Source: Abditibacteriaceae bacterium (GTDB lineage Bacteria; Armatimonadota; Abditibacteriia; Abditibacteriales; Abditibacteriaceae). Taken from it: 64,000 nucleotides of DNA. Position numbers and translations under genes: made by a program. The number at the start of each line of letters is the position of its first letter. Within the stretch, counting starts at the first letter, position 1. The notes under the pieces are model-generated. The model was not told the DNA's origin and did not search any database. It was given only the letters and a program-made list of their open reading frames with translations. Positions 59,012-64,000 of the stretch are shown here, one piece after another. Location of the stretch: positions 1,632,001 through 1,696,000 of the forward strand of contig OZ255721.1 in NCBI GenBank assembly GCA_965277285.1. Reading direction: 5' to 3'.

Positions 59012-59679
59012 CTTGTCCTCCTGCGGACATCTTTGACCTTCTGCCAGATCGTTTGCAGCAAATTGTCGCGCTCGTGCGGCGTTGGCGGAACACGAAAATC
59101 CTCGCGCACATGAACTTCCAAACCCGCCACAATCTCCAATCGTGTCCAACGTTCGCCGTCGCCTTGAGCGATTCGAGTACTCGATGGCGCCATTTTACGG
59201 CGCACCACACTGTTGCCCGGCGACGTTCGATCGCGCGATTTCACGCCACGCAAAAAATCGAGCGCCGCGTTCTCCTCTGGATCTGCGTCTTGCGTTTCCT
59301 CCAAAACCGGCGATACTTCGCGTTCGGTCGCCAGGCGCGCGCCATTTTCCAGCAACGATTGCAATTCCCTGTCTTCGGCATCCGCCACCAACTTCTTGAT
59401 CGCGCCAGTCGTCAAACCTTCGCTCATCAGGCGACGCGTCACCAAAAGCTGCAACAAATGCCGCAACGTGTAACGCGCTTCCCGCCCTTCGCGCAACGCC
59501 TCATCCAACAATCCCAACGTCGTCAAATGCCGCACCAAACGCGCATTCACCACATCGCGCACCCGCGCATCTGTCCCCGCCTCCGACAAATAACGCGGCA
59601 ACATCGTATTCGCCTCAGCCACCAATTCATCCAACGAAAAAGTCTCTTCCCCTGCTCCACTCGCTCTTAATTTACTCAC
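59008..59679 (-). CDS. MerR-like HTH protein
   Basis: FSLDEL, RLVRHLTTLGLLD, RYTLRHLLQL; C-terminal WTRLEIVAGLEVHV. Confidence 0.8.
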   Translation of the reverse strand: MSKLRASGAGEETFSLDELVAEANTMLPRYLSEAGTDARVRDVVNARLVRHLTTLGLLDEALREGREARYTLRHLLQLLVTRRLMSEGLTTGAIKKLVADAEDRELQSLLENGARLATEREVSPVLEETQDADPEENAALDFLRGVKSRDRTSPGNSVVRRKMAPSSTRIAQGDGERWTRLEIVAGLEVHVREDFRVPPTPHERDNLLQTIWQKVKDVRRRTR

Positions 59680-59897
59680 CCAAAGATTATATTTTCTTTG
59701 ACTTCATTTGTCAATAACAATTTATGTTGTTAATGTTAACGTAAATAAAATATCGAGTATTCGAATCGATATTTTGGTAGTCGGCTCGTTTGAGGCAGCG
59801 TCACAACGGCGTTCGTCGCGCAATGAATGGGCAGAAAGTGGCTGGAAATCGAGAAGTCGGAAGAGCATGTAAAAGTTGCAGAAGAAAGAATCAGGAA

Positions 59898-60659
59898 TCA
59901 GGCATTTTTCCCATGCTGCTTCTTGACATGTTCGATGAACGCCGAGATATCTAAAGTAACATAAGAACAATATTGACATGGCCAATCCTCATGGTTTTTT
60001 AGATAAGGACCCAATTCGGCAGCAGTAGAGAAAATCTCGAAGCAATATTCACACTTAACTCTTTCAGCTGGAGGTATAGCAGCAACACGCAGCATTGCAG
60101 TGTTTACGGCGGTTTGCTTAACGGGAATCGGAACTGTCGAATTCAACGCCCAATACTTGATGCGGCTTTTTAATTCTTCTGGTTCAATTAAACTACCACA
60201 TTTAGATGAAACAATAACTAATTTACCCACATCATTTCCTGAAGGAAAAGGGTATTCGATCGTGTATTTGATTTCTCTTTTATCTTCCAACAGCACTAAC
60301 ATTTCTTCACCGTGTCTTTTACCTACGGTATACACAGAAAGAATAATGCCGAGCACCGGTTCATCAGTTTCATTAACTACTGCTGTTCCAAACTCGAACG
60401 AATCAATAACCGAAGCGAAACATGGATGCTTTGGCCAAGGCCAGCCCAAACTATCGAACCAAACACTGCCGCCATTGTAGCGAACAAAGAACACTTGTTC
60501 TCCACACTTCGGACATTGCGTTGGACGACAAAAGTTGTTACGAATGTCATTCTCAATTCCCCTACGTCCTGGACAACCGCCGCCATCATGTATAGGAATA
60601 AAACGACCATGCTGCTTAATAAAACTGATGTGCTGACCACACTGATTACAGATTGCCAT
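59898..60659 (-). CDS. AT-rich Cys/His-rich hypothetical protein with zinc-finger-like motifs
   Basis: CNQC...H....C, CPKC...WPWPKHPC, CEYC, CQYC...HVKKQH. Confidence 0.65.
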   Translation of the reverse strand: MAICNQCGQHISFIKQHGRFIPIHDGGGCPGRRGIENDIRNNFCRPTQCPKCGEQVFFVRYNGGSVWFDSLGWPWPKHPCFASVIDSFEFGTAVVNETDEPVLGIILSVYTVGKRHGEEMLVLLEDKREIKYTIEYPFPSGNDVGKLVIVSSKCGSLIEPEELKSRIKYWALNSTVPIPVKQTAVNTAMLRVAAIPPAERVKCEYCFEIFSTAAELGPYLKNHEDWPCQYCSYVTLDISAFIEHVKKQHGKNA

Positions 60660-60693
60660 AGCAACTAAAGTAACCAAAATCAGAATAGAAATG

Positions 60694-60733
60694 CAAGAAA
60701 CCCGCACTGCGATGAACGCAGTGCGGGTTCTTG
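60694..60733 (-). terminator. terminator of the rplM-rpsI transcript
   Basis: AACCCGCACTGCG-ttcat-CGCAGTGCGGGTT-TCTT on the minus strand. Confidence 0.75.
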
Positions 60734-60763
60734 TTGTCCAACTTTCGATTCGAGTACTCGATA

Positions 60764-61150
60764 TTAACGCTTCGAGAACTGGAAGCCGCGACGGGCGCGC
60801 TTGCGGCCATACTTTTTGCGCTCTTTGACGCGCGGGTCGCGGGTCATGGCGCCAATTTCGCGCAGAGCAGGTTTCAATTCTTCACTGTATTCGACCAGAG
60901 CTTTGGCGATGCCGTGACGCAACGCGCCCGCTTGCCCAGTGATACCGCCGCCGTGCGCCGTCGCCTTCACGTCGAATTGCGCGCCGCCCGCCTGGTTGAA
61001 CGGTTCGCGCGCCATTTGCTGCAAGGTGAAGCGACCAAAGTACTCTTCAATAGGCTTGTCGTTGACGATGAACTGGCCGGTGCCGGGCGTGATCCAGACG
61101 CGTGCAATCGCGTTTTTGCGCTTGCCGGTGCCATAAAATGTTTCTGCCAT
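60764..61150 (-). CDS. rpsI: 30S ribosomal protein S9
   Basis: [33 protein letters not shown]...QFSKR. Confidence 0.98.
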   Translation of the reverse strand: MAETFYGTGKRKNAIARVWITPGTGQFIVNDKPIEEYFGRFTLQQMAREPFNQAGGAQFDVKATAHGGGITGQAGALRHGIAKALVEYSEELKPALREIGAMTRDPRVKERKKYGRKRARRGFQFSKR

Positions 61151-61638
61151 TAAGCTGTTGCTCCTTCAGACGCCGTCTGGCGCGACAAAACGGTGTTCAT
61201 GTCCAAGACCTGCGGCATTTGCGCCTGATGCGGATGCGATTCGCCCGCGTAAATGTGCAGCTTGCGCGCTTGTTCGCGGCCCAACGTCGAGTGCGGCAGC
61301 ATTCCCTCGACAGCTTCCTGCAAAATGCGCGTCGGGTTCTTTTCCATCAAGGTTTGAGCGTCCACGCGCTTGAGGTGGCCGGGCTGCGTCGAAGCACGAT
61401 AATAAATCTTCTGCTCCAGCTTCTGGCCGGTAAAAACCGCTTTTTCGGCGTTGATGATGACGACAAAATCGCCGGTATCAATGCTGGGCGTAAAACGCGC
61501 CTTGTGCTTGCCGCGCAAAATGTGCGCGACGCGAGACGCCAAACGTCCCACGGTCTGACCTGTCGCATCGACGACAAACCACGCGCGATCAATTTCGCTG
61601 GGCTTGGCATGATACGTTTTCGCTTTAATTGTTGCCAT
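61150..61638 (-). CDS. rplM: 50S ribosomal protein L13
   Basis: [41 protein letters not shown]. Confidence 0.97.
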   Translation of the reverse strand: MATIKAKTYHAKPSEIDRAWFVVDATGQTVGRLASRVAHILRGKHKARFTPSIDTGDFVVIINAEKAVFTGQKLEQKIYYRASTQPGHLKRVDAQTLMEKNPTRILQEAVEGMLPHSTLGREQARKLHIYAGESHPHQAQMPQVLDMNTVLSRQTASEGATA

Positions 61639-61675
61639 TCGAGTACTCACCTGAACTTCTTTATTACTGTGCGAA

Positions 61676-62491
61676 TCACTTCGCGTCTTCAAACGATATA
61701 TGCGTCAAGCACAAACCTTGTGGCGGCGCAGGCGACGGACACAACGCCCGATCTTTGCCGTCCATCAAACGCGTTACATCTTGCGCATCCAACTTGCCGC
61801 GCCCGACTTCAATCAGCGCACCGACAATGTTGCGCACCATCTGATACAAAAAACCGTTCGCGCTGATCGTGATTTCAATCGTGTCCGAACCAAAGGCGCT
61901 GCGAGACGCGACTTCTAATTGTGTCATATTTCGGACAGTTCCGCCAGTTGGAGGACTTCCCGCGTTCTGCCACGCCGCGAAATCGCGGACACCGACAAAA
62001 CATGGACACACGCTTTGCATCGCGTCCACGTTCAAACTTCCGCGCACGCGACCGACATACCGCCGCAATAGCGGATTTTCAATTGCCGAATTGTCAATGG
62101 TGTAACGATATGTCCGCACGCGCGCCGAATGACGAGGATGAAACCGTTCGTCTGCTTCCCAAGCTGTCGTCACGCGAACATCACGTTCGAGTACTTGATT
62201 GAGCGCTAAAGGAACGCGCTCGGCGGGCATCAAATGTTCAGTGAAAAACCGCGCGACATTCCCCGTCGCATGAACGCCTGCGTCAGTGCGAGATGACATC
62301 GCCACTTCAACCGGCGCTTTGAAGATTCGACTTAACGCGTCTTCCAGATCGCCTTGCACGCTGCGCCCGTTCTTTTGCCGCTGCGAACCACAAAAGTCCG
62401 TTCCATCATACGCCACGACAAAAGCGATGTTGCGCGCCGGTCTCCGGTCTTCGATCTTTGCTCTTTGAAGGGAGGCAAACTCGTCAGCCAT
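61676..62491 (-). CDS. truA: tRNA pseudouridine(38-40) synthase
   Basis: AYDGTDF, SRTDAGVHA, GFLYQMVRNIVG, APPQGLCL. Confidence 0.96.
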   Translation of the reverse strand: MADEFASLQRAKIEDRRPARNIAFVVAYDGTDFCGSQRQKNGRSVQGDLEDALSRIFKAPVEVAMSSRTDAGVHATGNVARFFTEHLMPAERVPLALNQVLERDVRVTTAWEADERFHPRHSARVRTYRYTIDNSAIENPLLRRYVGRVRGSLNVDAMQSVCPCFVGVRDFAAWQNAGSPPTGGTVRNMTQLEVASRSAFGSDTIEITISANGFLYQMVRNIVGALIEVGRGKLDAQDVTRLMDGKDRALCPSPAPPQGLCLTHISFEDAK

Positions 62492-62550
62492 ATGCGCGCT
62501 CTTCGAGCACTCGAAGCCCCTTCAAAGACCAAAAATCCAAGACCAAAGTC

Positions 62551-63039
62551 CTACTCAACAAACGTCAGCACGGCTTGCGGCGCAGCGTCGCCACGACGAC
62601 CCGGCATTTTCGTGATGCGCGTATAACCGCCGTTTCCGCCCGGCGCGTCTTTGGCGCGATCACGATAGCGCGGCGCGATGTCGTTGAACAACTTCGCCAA
62701 AATTTCGCGTTCGGGATGTTCGGCTTCACGATACGCGCGCACGTTGACATTCTTGCGAATCGCCGTCGGATTGTTGGCGCGGCGCTTTTCAAATTGCACT
62801 TTGCTTTCGTTCGCGGCGGGTGGCTTCTGAATGAAACGCTCGACAAAGCGGCGATTGGCGACCGTATCGACTTTCGCTTTGGTAATCAGCTTTTCAGCCA
62901 CCGCGCGCACTTCTTTAGCGCGTGCTTCGGTCGTGATCAGGCGTTCGTGCATGAACAACGCTTGCACCTGGTTCTTCAGCAAAGCGATCCGTTGATCGGT
63001 CGGCTTATTTAGCTTGCGATGAGCTACTCTGTGTCGCAT
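62551..63039 (-). CDS. rplQ: 50S ribosomal protein L17
   Basis: MRHRVAHRKL, TTEARAKE, AEKLIT, GGYTRI, RRGDAA. Confidence 0.96.
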   Translation of the reverse strand: MRHRVAHRKLNKPTDQRIALLKNQVQALFMHERLITTEARAKEVRAVAEKLITKAKVDTVANRRFVERFIQKPPAANESKVQFEKRRANNPTAIRKNVNVRAYREAEHPEREILAKLFNDIAPRYRDRAKDAPGGNGGYTRITKMPGRRGDAAPQAVLTFVE

Positions 63040-63061
63040 ATTTCCCTCAACGAGTACTCGA

Positions 63062-64000
63062 TTAAACTTCCAACTCTTCCATCGGGGCCGAAGCCGGCGA
63101 CGGACGCAAGTCAAAGCCGTACTCTTTCAATTTATCTCGCACTTCGTCATAAGATTTCTGACCAAAGTTGCGAATGTTCATTAATTCGTCTTCTGTGTAA
63201 TTGCGCAGTTCATCCAACGTCTCGATGCCCTGGCGTTTCAAGCAATTGTAAGTGCGAACCGAGAAATCCAGGTCATCGACCTTGATGTCGCGCGCACGGT
63301 TGTTGTCCGTCGCACCCGCATCAAACGCCGCAACTTCCGCCGTATCGCCGACTTCCAGGAACAATTGCAAGTATTCCGTCAGGATACGTGCCGCTTGTCC
63401 GACCGCCGTTCCTGGCGAAAGCGCGCCATTGGTTGAAACTTCCAAAACCAAACGATCCAGTTCGGTTTGCTGACCGACGCGCGTCGGCTCGACAAAGTAA
63501 TTGACGCGCGTGACCGGCGAATAAATCGCGTCGATGGCCAGCGTGCCAATAGTTTTGCTACGTTCCTGCAGACCGGAAGGAACATAACCTTTGCCCGACT
63601 CAATCGTCAAAACCGCATCGAAACGCGCATCGGCGCGCGACAATGTGGCGATTGTTTTTTCCGGCGAAACGATTTGCAAATTGGGCGGCAATTGAACGTC
63701 CGCGCCCGTGATACGACCTTCACCTTGCTTGTCGATGCGCGCTGTAACCGGCCCTTCCAAGCGCCCGTTCAGCGATTTGACTGAAATTTCCTTCAAGTTC
63801 AGCACGACTTCCATCATGTCTTCCACGACGCCCGGCATCGTAGAAAACTCGTGCTGCACGCCCTGCACTTGCACGGCGGTAATCGCCACGCCCTCGATGG
63901 AGGACAGCAACACGCGACGCAGACTGGCGCCCAGCGTGTGACCGTAACCTTTATCCAACGGGTCAATAGCGAACTTTCCGTAACGCTCTTGTTGTTGCAG
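63062..64000 (-). CDS. rpoA: RNA polymerase alpha subunit (5' truncated by window)
   Basis: PLDKGYGHTLG..LRRVLLSS, HEFST..GV.ED, DAIYSPV, SVRTYNCLKR, RNFGQKS. Confidence 0.98.
   Translation of the reverse strand: MQQQERYGKFAIDPLDKGYGHTLGASLRRVLLSSIEGVAITAVQVQGVQHEFSTMPGVVEDMMEVVLNLKEISVKSLNGRLEGPVTARIDKQGEGRITGADVQLPPNLQIVSPEKTIATLSRADARFDAVLTIESGKGYVPSGLQERSKTIGTLAIDAIYSPVTRVNYFVEPTRVGQQTELDRLVLEVSTNGALSPGTAVGQAARILTEYLQLFLEVGDTAEVAAFDAGATDNNRARDIKVDDLDFSVRTYNCLKRQGIETLDELRNYTEDELMNIRNFGQKSYDEVRDKLKEYGFDLRPSPASAPMEELEV

Larger units (their letters stand above)
270..63061. repeat. dispersed highly iterated 12-bp palindrome TCGAGTACTCGA (48 exact plus about 20 one-mismatch copies, manual count)
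   Basis: Exact starts: 270,670,5647,5727,7685,8405,10197,11627,13295,14458,14827,15563,16218,17353,17989,18848,19662,20636,21515,22298,23097,24497,27269,28489,29495,30219,32964,37650,38555,39454,40167,41687,42628,43323,45261,45652,46220,47929,48714,49495,50919,53766,54964,56006,56703,57649,59173,60750. One mismatch: 2595,4819,6912,9021,12688,17163,24930,27701,34324,35127,36040,36740,43939,47114,51585,52376,59753,62187,62503,63050. Confidence 0.98.

Noticed and set aside
270..63061. 12-mer as a CRISPR repeat or integron attC array
   Set aside because: Too short, spaced by about 1 kb, half the copies lie inside housekeeping genes, and no cas or integrase gene is present.
270..63061. 12-mer as a cloning linker or assembly artefact (it contains an AGTACT site)
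   Set aside because: Copies keep reading frames and conserved motifs intact (rsmA VLEIGPG), natural-looking mismatch variants exist, and copies favour intergenic DNA. Not formally excluded without reads.
270..63061. 12-mer as an ordinary transcription-factor operator or parS site
   Set aside because: Density and coding location are far beyond a regulon, and the sequence does not match the parS consensus TGTTNCACGTGAAACA.
1..64000. tRNA, rRNA, prophage or transposase genes
   Set aside because: None recognised by eye; tRNAscan/Infernal could not be run.

Overview
Bacterial chromosomal window of moderate GC, probably from a diderm. An Armatimonadota/Abditibacteriota-like origin is my guess from gene content and is not verified. 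Ordinary genes include the 3' end of glnA, an exopolysaccharide cluster (WcaJ-like transferase, GT4/GT2 enzymes, O-antigen ligase/polymerase-like protein, rfbB), gmhA, murQ, argS, two phosphohexomutases, an LptF/G-like permease, two-component genes, rsmA-ispE, rodA, redox genes, a MoxR operon, a Fic pseudogene, a MerR-vWA pair and the rpoA-rplQ-truA-rplM-rpsI operon. The dominant unexplained signal is a perfect 12-bp palindrome, TCGAGTACTCGA, usually W-TCGAGTACTCGA-W. By eye I count 48 exact and about 20 single-mismatch copies in 64 kb, roughly half intergenic and half inside genes in all three frames (SSTR, RVLD/E, xEYS), including conserved motifs of housekeeping proteins. Spacing is strikingly even at about 0.8-0.9 kb. 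It resembles a HIP1-like highly iterated palindrome or a chromosome-wide binding-site lattice whose sequence I do not recognise, and no cognate protein is visible here. The window also holds several REP/MITE-like hairpin families, one of which interrupts an ORF with a 6-bp duplication. All counts are manual and need computational confirmation.
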